Below the pieces are notes generated by a model. The model was not told the origin of the DNA, did not search any database, and was given only the letters and a program-made list of their open reading frames with translations. A program made the translations under genes and the position numbers. From positions 1,056,001 through 1,120,000 of the forward strand of contig OZ242180.1 in assembly GCA_965205485.1 (NCBI GenBank): 64,000 nt of DNA, in the 5' to 3' direction. Origin of the DNA: Candidatus Latescibacterota bacterium. GTDB lineage: Bacteria > Latescibacterota > UBA2968 > GCA-2709665. How positions within the stretch are numbered: position 1 is the stretch's first letter; every line of letters begins with the position of its first letter. Shown piece by piece: positions 19,232 through 29,318 of the stretch.

Positions 19232-20802
19232 TCGACGTTTCGGGGAACCGGACGCTCTACGGCGATTTCTCGGGTTTCGCCTGGAAGCAGCCGGACCGGG
19301 AGTGGATGGTGTACGAACGGGGAGACGGGCAGGTCTTCCGGTGGACCCGCGCCTCGTTTCTGAAGAGCGTCCATCAAGCGGTCAATCTCTTGCGGGAACT
19401 GGGAATCCGCCCGGGAGACGTCTTCAATCTCCACCTGTCCAACCATCCGGCCTACGCACAGCTGATCCTTGCCGCATCGTACCTCGGGGCCGTGGTGATG
19501 CCCACGAATCCGGCCTCGACGACGGATGAACTGGCGTACCTGGTCGCCCATTCGGAAAGCAAGGCGATTTTTACGGAAGCGGGATGCCTGGATGTGACAG
19601 ACGGGGTTGCGGCGGATTCGGAAATCCGTACGGTGTTATGCGATACGGGAGAAGCGTTGCCGGGCGGATACCCGGTCTATGAAGAATGGATGTCGGCGCA
19701 GAGCGCCGAACCCGTCGACGGGCATGGCGGGGCGGAGCGCGTGGTGCAACTCCTCTATACGTCCGGTACCACCTCACGGCCCAAGGGCGTGATGCTGACC
19801 AATGCCTGTTTCGTCTATGGCGCGGAAGTGTTCGCCGCGGGATCGGGTCTGCGGCGGGAGGACCGGCACCTGGTGGTGCTTCCCCTGTTTCACGCCGGGG
19901 CGCAATGCCACGCGCTGTGGCCGTGCCTGGTAACCGGCGCGAGTGTGGCCGTGATGGCCCGTTTCAGCGCAAGCCGGTTCTTCGAGCAGGCCATTGAATA
20001 CGGGTGTACCATGGGCGCGATGTTCGGGGCCTTGCTGCGGATGCTGCTTAACCAGCCGGAGCGTGAAGCCGACGCGGCGCACAGGATCCGCAACATCACC
20101 TTCGCGCAGAATCTGACCGCGGCCCAGTACGCGACCTGGCATCGGAGGTTCGGAGCGCCTCTGCAGCAGTTGTGGGGAATGACCGAAACATGCGGGCTCC
20201 CCGTAATGAGTCCGTTGACGGGCGAACGCAACCTCGCGGCAATGGGAAAGCCCGTGCGCGGTTACGAGGTGAAGGTGGTGGACGAGAAAGGCGGGGACGC
20301 GGCGGCCGGCACGCCGGGTGAGGTGATCGTAAAGGGGATCCCTGGACGGACGATCATGCAGGGGTACCTGAGGAATCCCTGGGCAACGGCCGAAACCCTG
20401 CGAAACCATCCGGACGGGACCTGGCTGTATTCAGGTGATACAGTACGCGCGGACGAAGACGGTTTTCTCTATTTTCTGGATCGGGGAAAGGACCTGATCA
20501 GGCGGTCCGGTGAGAATATCTCGAGTATCGAAGTGGAGGGCGTGATCCAGGAATGCGAAGGCGTCGCGGATGTCTGCGTGGTGGGCGTGCCCGATGAGAT
20601 TCGGGACGAACGGGTCGTCGCGGCGGTCGTGCCGAAAGCCGGTGCTGATCTGAGCGAGGAAGGGATACGGACCTATTGCGCCGGACGGCTCGTGGCGTTC
20701 AAGGTCCCGGACAGGATCGTGTTCGTGGACGCGTTGCCCAGGACGTCGGTCGGCAAAATCCGGAAGCAGGTCGTACGGGACCGGCTGGCAACCGCGTCGT
20801 GA
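19228..20802 (+). CDS. Acyl-CoA ligase, CaiC-like
   Basis: YTSGTTSRPKG, WGMTET, SGD, RSGENISS, PRTSVGK; ATGA overlap with upstream gene. Confidence 0.9.
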   Translation: MIDVSGNRTLYGDFSGFAWKQPDREWMVYERGDGQVFRWTRASFLKSVHQAVNLLRELGIRPGDVFNLHLSNHPAYAQLILAASYLGAVVMPTNPASTTDELAYLVAHSESKAIFTEAGCLDVTDGVAADSEIRTVLCDTGEALPGGYPVYEEWMSAQSAEPVDGHGGAERVVQLLYTSGTTSRPKGVMLTNACFVYGAEVFAAGSGLRREDRHLVVLPLFHAGAQCHALWPCLVTGASVAVMARFSASRFFEQAIEYGCTMGAMFGALLRMLLNQPEREADAAHRIRNITFAQNLTAAQYATWHRRFGAPLQQLWGMTETCGLPVMSPLTGERNLAAMGKPVRGYEVKVVDEKGGDAAAGTPGEVIVKGIPGRTIMQGYLRNPWATAETLRNHPDGTWLYSGDTVRADEDGFLYFLDRGKDLIRRSGENISSIEVEGVIQECEGVADVCVVGVPDEIRDERVVAAVVPKAGADLSEEGIRTYCAGRLVAFKVPDRIVFVDALPRTSVGKIRKQVVRDRLATAS

Positions 20803-20873
20803 GTTCGATAATCCACGTCGAGTCGGTTGCGGGGACGCGATCGTTTATTCAGTTCACACCGGGGGATACCTTT

Positions 20874-21674
20874 ATGCAGCAGACCATCACACAGGACCAG
20901 TGGAGCGATTACCACCGGGACGGTTTCGTTAAAATCGGGAGTCAGTGCAGCAGCGGGGAACTGGAGGGGCTGCAGCGGCGGATCGACGAGATCATGCTGG
21001 GCCGGGCGCCGCTGGATTACAACCGGCTGACGATGCAGCTGGATTCGAACACCGACCGGTATGACCAGGTGAAGGGCGGCGGTATCGGCCATCAGGGCGC
21101 GAGTCTGGGGTATCGGAAGATCCAGGGACTGGAGTACGATGCACTGTTTCTGGAGTATATGAAGAAGCCGGTTTTCAGGGAGATCTGCGCGTATGTCTAT
21201 GGCGCCCACGCCTCGATCGCCTGTTTCCGGGCCATGTTCATGAACAAACCGGCGCAGCAGGGCTCCGACCTGCCCTGGCACCAGGACGGCGGGAGTTCGT
21301 GGTACGTGGACCGGGATCCGCTGGTCACGGTCTGGACGGCGCTGGACCCGGCCACGACTGAGAACGGATGCGTACAGGTGGTGCCGGGTTCCCATCAACT
21401 GGGGATTCTGAGCGAGCAGGGACATACCATTACGGACGAGCAGGAACGAGTGTTCTGTCCCGAAGACAGGATTTTCGACCTGACGATGGAACCGGGCGAG
21501 GTCGTGATCCTGCACAACTGGCTGCTGCACCGGTCGGGGGTGAACCGGATGGACATTCCCAGGCGGGCGTTCAGCGCGTGTTATATAGACGCGCGAACCC
21601 GTTCCAGTCGAAAGTCTTCATTCTCGATGATCTTCGGCGATGGCGCTTTGATGCCCGACCAGGTCGCCGCATAG
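20874..21674 (+). CDS. Phytanoyl-CoA dioxygenase family (PhyH)
   Basis: WHQD, WTALD..ENGC..VPGSH, LLHRSG. Confidence 0.92.
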   Translation: MQQTITQDQWSDYHRDGFVKIGSQCSSGELEGLQRRIDEIMLGRAPLDYNRLTMQLDSNTDRYDQVKGGGIGHQGASLGYRKIQGLEYDALFLEYMKKPVFREICAYVYGAHASIACFRAMFMNKPAQQGSDLPWHQDGGSSWYVDRDPLVTVWTALDPATTENGCVQVVPGSHQLGILSEQGHTITDEQERVFCPEDRIFDLTMEPGEVVILHNWLLHRSGVNRMDIPRRAFSACYIDARTRSSRKSSFSMIFGDGALMPDQVAA

Positions 21675-21690
21675 GCAGAGGAGCGTTTCG

Positions 21691-22827
21691 ATGATATTTG
21701 ATTCCCACGCCTATTGTTTCGAGCCGGGGGACGATCCGGCCGGGTTCGAAGACAGCGAGGAGCACATGAAGTGGGTCCAGGAGGCCCAGGGCCTGCACCA
21801 TCAGCCGGCCTGGCGCGTGCGGGACCGGGCGCCGGCGACTTCGGACGGGTTGATCCCGACGGATTACGAGTCCTGGAGCGATCTGCCCGACGTGAACTTT
21901 CGGGTGGACGGTCGGAAGGGGCGGGTGGTCTGGACGATCGACGGGGAGGATTATACGAAACAGTTCTATCCGCCCAATTTGAGGGACCTGGAGTTCACGC
22001 CGCACAGCCTGATCGCGGAGATGGATTACGCGGGCGTGGACATGGCGCTCATCCACACGAACCCGATGCTGACCCGCAACAGCGAATTCCTTGCCGGCTG
22101 CGTGCGTCAGTACCCGGACCGGCTCCGGTCCATGGCGCCCGTGGACGAGTGGCGCATCCGGACCGAGACCGATGCGGTGATTGAGGAACTCCGGACAGCC
22201 ATTCAGGACCATGGACTCCACGCGATCAAGTTCAATGCCCGGCCGGCCTATTTCGGAACCACCGAACCGTGGGACGCGGCGTCCTGCCGGCCGTTCTGGG
22301 ATGCGGCGACCTCGCTTGGCGTGCCGGTTTTCTTTACGCTCGGGTCCGGACCGGGTGACGTGACGCGCCGGATGACGCCGGACGGCGCCCGTCAGGGCTA
22401 CCTGGACGAGCAGAAGGTCCTGGTCCGCTGGATGGAACGCTATCCCGAATCGGTTGTGAATCTGACGCACGGTTTCCCATGGCGCGCATTCGTCTCGGAC
22501 GATCAATTCCAGCCGATGCCGCGGGAGATCTGGCTCCCGTTCGAGAACCCGAACTGCAATCTCGAGGTCTGCTTCCCTGTCCGAATCGGAGACTGGTTCG
22601 ACTTCCCGTACCGGGAGGCGCGGCCGGTGCTGGAGGCCATGGTCGCCAATGTGGGCGCGGACCACCTGAACTGGGGAACGGATATGCCGTTCCAGAACCG
22701 GTTCTGTACGTACCGGCAGTCGAGGCGATGGATCGAGAATTACTGTGCGTTTTTGTGCGCGGACGAGTTGCGAATGATCATGGGGGGAACAACGGCAAGG
22801 ATTCTGGGCGTGGAACCCATAATTTGA
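21691..22827 (+). CDS. Amidohydrolase family protein
   Basis: DSHAY, EMDYAGVD, WGTDMP, GGTTARIL. Confidence 0.85.
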   Translation: MIFDSHAYCFEPGDDPAGFEDSEEHMKWVQEAQGLHHQPAWRVRDRAPATSDGLIPTDYESWSDLPDVNFRVDGRKGRVVWTIDGEDYTKQFYPPNLRDLEFTPHSLIAEMDYAGVDMALIHTNPMLTRNSEFLAGCVRQYPDRLRSMAPVDEWRIRTETDAVIEELRTAIQDHGLHAIKFNARPAYFGTTEPWDAASCRPFWDAATSLGVPVFFTLGSGPGDVTRRMTPDGARQGYLDEQKVLVRWMERYPESVVNLTHGFPWRAFVSDDQFQPMPREIWLPFENPNCNLEVCFPVRIGDWFDFPYREARPVLEAMVANVGADHLNWGTDMPFQNRFCTYRQSRRWIENYCAFLCADELRMIMGGTTARILGVEPII

Positions 22828-22865
22828 GGAATCATCGTATGGTTGAGACTCCACCGGAAGCGGGG

Positions 22866-24695
22866 ATGAACTGGGACCTGTCGAGCTATTTCCCGGCGTT
22901 CAACGGGCCGGAGATGGCGAAGTTCAAGAACGCCCTGGAGAAGGATACGCGGGATTTGCTGGAGTTGGCGAGGGCTCTGGCGCCGCTGGACGAGGGTAAT
23001 GTTGAGACCTGGGAGGATATACTCCTCCGCAGCGAGGACCTGTTCACGCGGCTGCGTCACGTGGCCTCCTACGTGGGATGCTTGACGGCCGCTGACGCGC
23101 GAAACGAGGCCTATCTGAAGGAAGAGGCCGCGTTGACGCTGCAATACGCAGAGGCGACCAAGCTTCAGACGGAACTGCTGCGGGGATTGAAGACGGCGTC
23201 CGACGGCAGCTTCGAGGCGCTCACGCGCCGGGAGTCGCTTTCGGACGCCGGCTATCTGCTGGGGCGCATGCGCCGCGAGGCCCGCTATACCATGGACTCG
23301 GCGCGCGAGGCGCTGGCGGCCGACCTGAGGGTGGACGGTATCTCGGCGTGGGGCCGGCTTTACGATACCCTGTCCGGGAAGCTGGAATTCGAAATGCGGT
23401 TCCCCGACGGCCGGGAGGAAAAGGTGCCCATCTCCCAGCGGCGGTCGTTGATGGAAAATCCGGACCGGCAGGTCCGGCGGGCCGCGTTCGAGGGGGGGAA
23501 CGCCGCCTGGGAAAGCGTTGAAGACGTAGCGGCGGCAGCACTGAACGCGATATCCGGCACGCGGCTTACGATGAATCGCTACCGCGAGGTCCCGCATTTT
23601 CTCGAGGTGGCCCTGTTCCAGTCCGCGATTTCGCGGAAGACGCTGGACGCGATGTTCGACGCGATATTCTCCGAAATCGAGGTGGGGCGCCGCATCCAGC
23701 GGTTCAGGGCGAAGACAATGGGCCAGGAAATGGTGGCCTGGTACGATCTTGGCGCCCCGCTGCCCTTTCCCGATGTGTCGCCCATGGATTGGGATGAGGG
23801 GAAGTCCCTGGTACAGGGTGCGTTCGCCACGGCATATCCTGCGCTGGGAAGCTTTACCCAGGATATGTACGACAGGCGATGGATCGACTATGAGCCGCGT
23901 GCGGGAAAACGACCCGGCGGCTTTTGCACGGGATCCCCGATGATCTCCGAGTCACGGATATTCATGACGTACAACCGCACCATGGGCGACGCTTTGACGC
24001 TCGCGCACGAGGCGGGCCACGCGTTTCACAGCCACGTGATGCGCGATCTGCGGCCGTTTGCGAGACATTACCCGATGACGCTGGCGGAGTCCGCCTCGAC
24101 GTTCGCCGAGATGATCCTGGCCGACGGGGTCCTTTCGAACCCGGACGTGGACGACCTGCAGAGAGCGGTTGTCCTCGATTCGGAGGTGGGCCACGGGGGT
24201 ACCTATCTTCTGGATATTCCGGTCCGGTTCGAGTTCGAGAAGGCGCTTTACGAGGAGCGCGGCAACGGTGAGTTGAGCGTTTCTCAGTTGAAGGCGCTGA
24301 TGACGGAGAAGCAGCGCGAAGTACTCGGCGACGTGCTTCAGGAGGGGGAAGAGGACCCCTGGTTCTGGGCATCCAAGCTGCATTTCTACATAACGGGAGT
24401 CACGTTTTACAATTTCCCGTACACGTTCGGCTATCTGTTGAGTCGGGGGCTCTATGCCATGTTCCGGAAGGAGGGGCCGGACTTCCTGCCCCGGTATGAA
24501 AGCTTCCTTCGGTTGACCGGCAGTGACACTGCCGAGAACGTGGCGAGGCGCAGCCTCGGCAGCGACCTCGAAAAATCCGACTTCTGGGTGCAGGCGATCC
24601 GCAGCCTGGAGGAGCCGCTTTCGCGGCTCGAGGCGCTGTCGCCCCGCGTGTTGACCGTGGGGGATGACCAAACATCCTGCGGCGCCGGCGCGTAG
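22866..24695 (+). CDS. M3 family oligoendopeptidase (PepF-like)
   Basis: GKRPGGFC, HEAGH, LAESASTFAE, FYNFPYTFG. Confidence 0.93.
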   Translation: MNWDLSSYFPAFNGPEMAKFKNALEKDTRDLLELARALAPLDEGNVETWEDILLRSEDLFTRLRHVASYVGCLTAADARNEAYLKEEAALTLQYAEATKLQTELLRGLKTASDGSFEALTRRESLSDAGYLLGRMRREARYTMDSAREALAADLRVDGISAWGRLYDTLSGKLEFEMRFPDGREEKVPISQRRSLMENPDRQVRRAAFEGGNAAWESVEDVAAAALNAISGTRLTMNRYREVPHFLEVALFQSAISRKTLDAMFDAIFSEIEVGRRIQRFRAKTMGQEMVAWYDLGAPLPFPDVSPMDWDEGKSLVQGAFATAYPALGSFTQDMYDRRWIDYEPRAGKRPGGFCTGSPMISESRIFMTYNRTMGDALTLAHEAGHAFHSHVMRDLRPFARHYPMTLAESASTFAEMILADGVLSNPDVDDLQRAVVLDSEVGHGGTYLLDIPVRFEFEKALYEERGNGELSVSQLKALMTEKQREVLGDVLQEGEEDPWFWASKLHFYITGVTFYNFPYTFGYLLSRGLYAMFRKEGPDFLPRYESFLRLTGSDTAENVARRSLGSDLEKSDFWVQAIRSLEEPLSRLEALSPRVLTVGDDQTSCGAGA

Positions 24696-24767
24696 TCGGC
24701 GCCGTCGTTCCGCCGGGACAGATCGCAGGGGAGCGCTGGATATGGGAATAACAGGGAGGAAAAGGAG

Positions 24768-25754
24768 ATGGGCGAGAGCATCCGATGGGGTATCCTGAGC
24801 ACGGGGGCCATTGCGCGGTCTTTCGTGAAAGGCCTGAATGCGGTTCCGGACGCGGAACCGATCGCCGTGGGGTCACGGACCCAGCAGGCTGCCGATGCAT
24901 TCGGGGACGAATTCGGCATTCCTCGACGGCACCCCAGCTACGAGGCCCTGGCGAACGATCCGGACGTGGACGTCATCTACGTTGCAACGCCGCACTCGCT
25001 CCACAGAGAGAACAGTATCCTCTGTCTGCGCGCGGGCAAACCGGTACTGTGCGAGAAGCCGTTTTCGATCAATCGTCCTGAAGCCGCGGAAATCGTCGCG
25101 GCTGCCCGCGAGGAAGGGCTCTTTCTGATGGAGGCCATGTGGACGCGGTTCCTGCCGATCATGTATCAGGTGAGGCAATGGCTTGGCGACGGCGCCATCG
25201 GCGACGTCCGCATGGTTTCCGCGGACTTCGGGTTCGGGTCCCGTCCCGGCACGACGAAGTCCCGCCTTTATGATCCCGCCCTGGGCGGCGGGGCGCTCAT
25301 GGACGTGGGCATCTATTCGCTCTCGTTCGCCTCCATGGTTTACCGCCGCGTTCCGTCGAGGGTGATGAGTATGGGGCATATCGGCGAGCTGGAGGTGGAC
25401 GAACAGGCAGGGATGATGCTCGGATACGACGGGGGAGAGATGGCCATGCTGTTCACGTCCATTCAGTGCGGCACGTCTCACTGGGCGCACATTATGGGTA
25501 CTGAAGGGATCATCCGCATTCATCCGCCGTACTGGCGCGGAACGACCGCGACCCTGGTGCGAGACGGCAAGGAGGAGACCGTCGAACGCACGTATGATGG
25601 AAACGGGTACAACTGCCAGGCGGAAGCGGTCGGCCGTTACCTGCGCGAAGGGAAACTGGAAAGCCAGGAGATCCCGCTGGATGAGACCGTTGACATCATG
25701 GGGACGATGGATACGATCCGCGACCGGATCGGGCTGAAATTCCCGATGGAATGA
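24768..25754 (+). CDS. Gfo/Idh/MocA oxidoreductase
   Basis: WGILSTGAIA, YVATPH, LCEKP, GGGALMDVGIY. Confidence 0.95.
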   Translation: MGESIRWGILSTGAIARSFVKGLNAVPDAEPIAVGSRTQQAADAFGDEFGIPRRHPSYEALANDPDVDVIYVATPHSLHRENSILCLRAGKPVLCEKPFSINRPEAAEIVAAAREEGLFLMEAMWTRFLPIMYQVRQWLGDGAIGDVRMVSADFGFGSRPGTTKSRLYDPALGGGALMDVGIYSLSFASMVYRRVPSRVMSMGHIGELEVDEQAGMMLGYDGGEMAMLFTSIQCGTSHWAHIMGTEGIIRIHPPYWRGTTATLVRDGKEETVERTYDGNGYNCQAEAVGRYLREGKLESQEIPLDETVDIMGTMDTIRDRIGLKFPME

Positions 25755-25807
25755 TCCCGGGAAGATATTTGGGGACGGCACAGACAAGGATAGAATTCTA
25801 CCCACCC

Positions 25808-26341
25808 CCAAACGTCCCCTATTCCCTTGCCCTTTTTCTTGAAATCGCCCAAGAAAAAGGGCGAAAAAGAAGGGCGCCGCTCGGCGCGGGGCCGGTTTTT
25901 CCGTGAATCACTGCAGGGGCCCTTTCGTCGACCAGGTGACCTTCGCGCACCTGTAGAGTACCAGTATGACAGTGCGAAACGGGTTAACACGGAAAAACCC
26001 CCATCTCCACCACCGGACGGTCCTGAGGTGGAACCTTAACGATCGTCGCTCGGTTCTATCATTTGTACCGTCATTACCTGTCCGCTGATAACTCGCCCTC
26101 AAATGGGCACTCGATTGTCTAACGCGATGCCATTCCAGAGCACTTCCAGAGCAGGGCGCGTTGTTCCGTCCCGCTCGAATTTACGGTATCCTCCAGGGTT
26201 GGCAGGCCAGAGGATCCTGTGCATCCTGAAGGGTGATTCGCGCCATGCATATGGCAGGCCCCGCGCCCAGCGGCGACTTTTGGTTCCTTTTGGTCGCTTC
26301 AAAAGGAACACGCCGTAGGCAGGGAATTTGGGGAGATGTGG
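25808..26341. other. Non-coding element with long imperfect terminal inverted repeats (MITE-like or structured RNA)
   Basis: Terminal hairpins 25829-25862 and 26283-26309; 18/19 long-range IR 25875-25893 vs 26257-26275; 12 bp perfect stem 25894-25905 vs 25988-25999. Confidence 0.6.
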
Positions 26342-26365
26342 ATTTTGAATTTGGTTCTGATCTTT

Positions 26366-26390
26366 GCTGATGGCTGACGGCTGATAGCTG
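26366..26390 (+). repeat. GCTGANN heptamer tandem repeat
   Basis: GCTGATG GCTGACG GCTGATA GCTG. Confidence 0.65.
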
Positions 26391-26400
26391 CTTTCTAACA

Positions 26401-26430
26401 TTGCGAAACATACTAATTATAGTATATCAT
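26401..26430 (+). promoter_or_regulatory. Putative promoter with palindromic operator
   Basis: TTGCGA-18 nt-TATCAT with ATACTA-N4-TAGTAT in the spacer. Confidence 0.4.
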
Positions 26431-26448
26431 TTTTAATATGGAGCCCCT

Positions 26449-27420
26449 ATGAAATACGGCCGCGTCGAAGGAATCGACAAACCGGTCTCGCGGCTGGTTC
26501 AGGGCACGTTGACGGTCTCGACGGACGATCTCGAGGCGAGCATCGGTCTTCTCGACGGGATTCGGGCGCTGGGCTGCAACAGTTTCGATACCGCACCGGT
26601 ATACGGTAACGGCAAAGCGGAGCGGGCGCTTGGCGCGTGGATGGAACGGCGAGGCAATCGAAGCGATGTATTCATCCTCAGCAAGGGCGGCCATCCCAAC
26701 GCGGACCGGGACCGCCGGGTGACCGTGTTCGACGTCGCCTCCGACCTGTTCGACTCTCTGGCCCGGCTCAGGACGGATTACATCGACCTCTACCTGCTTC
26801 ACCGGGACGATCCCGCGGTGCCGGTCGGGCCCCTCGTCGAGGCGCTCAACGAGCATATGTCCGAAGGACGCATTCACGCCTTTGGAGGGTCCAACTGGTC
26901 GGTGAATCGAATCCGTGAAGCGAACCGGTATGCGAGGAACCACGGCCTGATGCCGTTTGTGGCCAGCAGCCCGAATTTCAGCCTGGCCGTGCGCGTAAAG
27001 GAGGTCTGGGAGGGCTGTCTGAGCATTTCTGGTCCGCGAGGCGCCGGGGAAAGAGCGTGGTACCGGGAGTCGCAGATGCCCGTGTTTTCCTGGTCCAGCC
27101 TGGCACAGGGTTTTTTCTCCGGTCTCCTGACGCGCGAAAACATTGCCGGGATGGCGAAGGAAACGACGCACGGTTGTGTGCAGGTCTATGGGTACGAGGA
27201 GAACTTCACACGGCTGGAACGCGCGACCGAACTCGCCGGCGAGCGCGGAAAGACCGTGGCGCAGATCGCGCTGGCGTATCTCTTCAACCAGCCCCTGAAC
27301 GTCTTTACGGTGTCGGGCTGCAGGTCGGTCGAAGAAGGCCGCCTGAACCGGGAGGCGATGGATATCCGGCTGACGCCGGATGAACTGGATTGGCTGGACC
27401 TGCGGCAGGGGAGCCGGTGA
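26449..27420 (+). CDS. Aldo/keto reductase
   Basis: FDTAPVYG, SKGG, LRTDYIDLYLLHRDD, GGSNW. Confidence 0.95.
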   Translation: MKYGRVEGIDKPVSRLVQGTLTVSTDDLEASIGLLDGIRALGCNSFDTAPVYGNGKAERALGAWMERRGNRSDVFILSKGGHPNADRDRRVTVFDVASDLFDSLARLRTDYIDLYLLHRDDPAVPVGPLVEALNEHMSEGRIHAFGGSNWSVNRIREANRYARNHGLMPFVASSPNFSLAVRVKEVWEGCLSISGPRGAGERAWYRESQMPVFSWSSLAQGFFSGLLTRENIAGMAKETTHGCVQVYGYEENFTRLERATELAGERGKTVAQIALAYLFNQPLNVFTVSGCRSVEEGRLNREAMDIRLTPDELDWLDLRQGSR

Positions 27421-27656
27421 CGGATAACCTGCAACCGGAAACCGGTTTATTCGTCTAAACCCCCGGGATCGTTTTCGTGACGAAAGGCCGGCGGGGCGAT
27501 GGAGTATCCCTGCCTGTCTCACCGGGCGATACCGTGGCGATTCGCATAAACGCGTCTCATTCAACGCTTTGGGCTTGACTCGAATGCGCATTAGGACTAA
27601 ATATCCGATGTACGCCCTCGCTCCTTGGAATCGCGCCATGCGCGGACGATATAACT

Positions 27657-29306
27657 ATGCCAGGCACAAACCTGAAAACGTTGTTGATTGAGGACAATCC
27701 GCTTCACAGCCGACTGATTCAGGAACTGCTTGCGGAATCCGAAGGCCCGGAATTCGAGGTGGATTCGGCGGGTACGCTCGCGGAAGGGCTGAACCGGCTG
27801 GCAGCGGACGGGTACGAATTGCTGCTGCTGGACCTGGTACTGCCGGACAGCGAGGACCTGGAGACATATCTTCGCGTGCGGGCCGCCTATCCGGAACTGA
27901 CCGTTGTGATCCTCTCCGGAATGGAGGACATCAAACTGGCGGCGCGGGCGGTTGAGGCGGGAGCGCAGGACTATCTGGTGAAAGCCCAATTGGACGGCCC
28001 ACTCCTGGTGAGGTCGATCCGTTACGCCGTGGAACGCAGCCGGGCGCAGCACGCCGAGTGGGAGTCGCCGATGTTCCGCCTGGCGCAGCAGCAGTTCCTG
28101 AAGGCTGCGCACCTGATGGAACTGGACGACAATATCCGGCAGCGTCTTCTGTTTCCGCAGAGAACTCACGTGGTCACCTTTCCGTTCCGGCGGGACGAGC
28201 ACGAATACGTGGAGACGGTTGCCGGCTACCGGATTCAACATCTGCTGACGATGGGGCCCACGAAGGGCGGCGTGCGCTACCATCACGACGTGAACCTTGG
28301 TGAAGTAACCGCCCTGGCCATGTGGATGACCTGGAAGTGCGCCCTGATGAACCTCCCGTTCGGCGGCGCTAAGGGCGGCGTTCGTATCGATCCAACCGTC
28401 CTCTCGCGCCGCGAACTCCAGCGCCTGACGCGCCGGTATACGTCGGAAATCATAGACGTTATCGGACCGCAGAAGGACATCCCGGCGCCGGACATGGGCA
28501 CGGACGAAAACGTGATGGCGTGGATGATGGACACCTACAGCCATCAGATGGGACATACCGTGCCTGCGGTCGTAACCGGCAAGCCGGTGGTGCTTGGGGG
28601 CTCCGAGGGACGCCGTGAAGCGACCGGACGGGGACTGGTGTATCTGGTCGAAGAGGCGGCCAGACACATTGGGATGGACTTGAACGGCGCGACCGCCGTC
28701 GTTCAGGGGTTCGGAAACGTGGGAAGCAGCGCGGCGAGATTCCTCGAGGCCTGTGGGGTCAGGGTGGTTGGCGTAAGCGACGTGACCACCGGCATTTACA
28801 ATCCCGACGGTCTGAACGTGGACTCGCTGTCGCGTCACGTGGACGAGAGCCGGGTCCTAGAAGGTTACGAAGGCGGGGACGCCGTGACCAACCGGGAGTT
28901 GCTGGAAATTCCCTGCGACGTCCTCGTTCCCGCGGCAATACAGAATCAGATCAACGCCGACAATGCAGATCGGATCTCGTGCAGAATCCTGGCCGAGGGC
29001 GCCAATGGGCCGACAACGCTTGAAGCGGATGAGATCCTGCAGGACAAAGAGGTGTTTATTCTGCCTGATGTACTCGGCAATGCCGGAGGGGTTACGGTTT
29101 CCTATTTCGAGTGGGTTCAGGACACGCAGAACTATGTGTGGACCCTCGAGGAGATCAATGATCGCCTCAGGCAGATTCTGCTCAACGCGTTCCTTAGAAC
29201 CATTCAACGGTCCGAACGCGATGGACTGGATATACGCACGGCAGCGCTGATCGAAGGAATTCACCGCGTAACTCAGGCGAAACTCCTGAGGGGCTTGTTT
29301 CCATAG
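27657..29306 (+). CDS. Response-regulator receiver domain fused to glutamate dehydrogenase
   Basis: REC: LLIEDN, LLLDLVLPD, ILSG, GAQDYLVK. GDH: GPTKGGVRY, MTWKCA..PFGGAKGG, PAPDMGT, QGFGNVG, EGANGPTT, NAGGVTVSYFEW. Confidence 0.93.
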   Translation: MPGTNLKTLLIEDNPLHSRLIQELLAESEGPEFEVDSAGTLAEGLNRLAADGYELLLLDLVLPDSEDLETYLRVRAAYPELTVVILSGMEDIKLAARAVEAGAQDYLVKAQLDGPLLVRSIRYAVERSRAQHAEWESPMFRLAQQQFLKAAHLMELDDNIRQRLLFPQRTHVVTFPFRRDEHEYVETVAGYRIQHLLTMGPTKGGVRYHHDVNLGEVTALAMWMTWKCALMNLPFGGAKGGVRIDPTVLSRRELQRLTRRYTSEIIDVIGPQKDIPAPDMGTDENVMAWMMDTYSHQMGHTVPAVVTGKPVVLGGSEGRREATGRGLVYLVEEAARHIGMDLNGATAVVQGFGNVGSSAARFLEACGVRVVGVSDVTTGIYNPDGLNVDSLSRHVDESRVLEGYEGGDAVTNRELLEIPCDVLVPAAIQNQINADNADRISCRILAEGANGPTTLEADEILQDKEVFILPDVLGNAGGVTVSYFEWVQDTQNYVWTLEEINDRLRQILLNAFLRTIQRSERDGLDIRTAALIEGIHRVTQAKLLRGLFP

Positions 29307-29318
29307 GGTGCAATTGAA

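Noticed and set aside
22479..22865. N-terminal extensions in the ORF track (also 5321, 8189, 18877, 20676, 63999)
   Set aside because: They overlap upstream genes, a promoter or a REP; downstream starts fit domain boundaries better
25998..26012. CCCCCATCTCCACCA resembles a tRNA/tmRNA 3' end
   Set aside because: No TTCRA T-loop upstream and no matching acceptor-stem 5' strand
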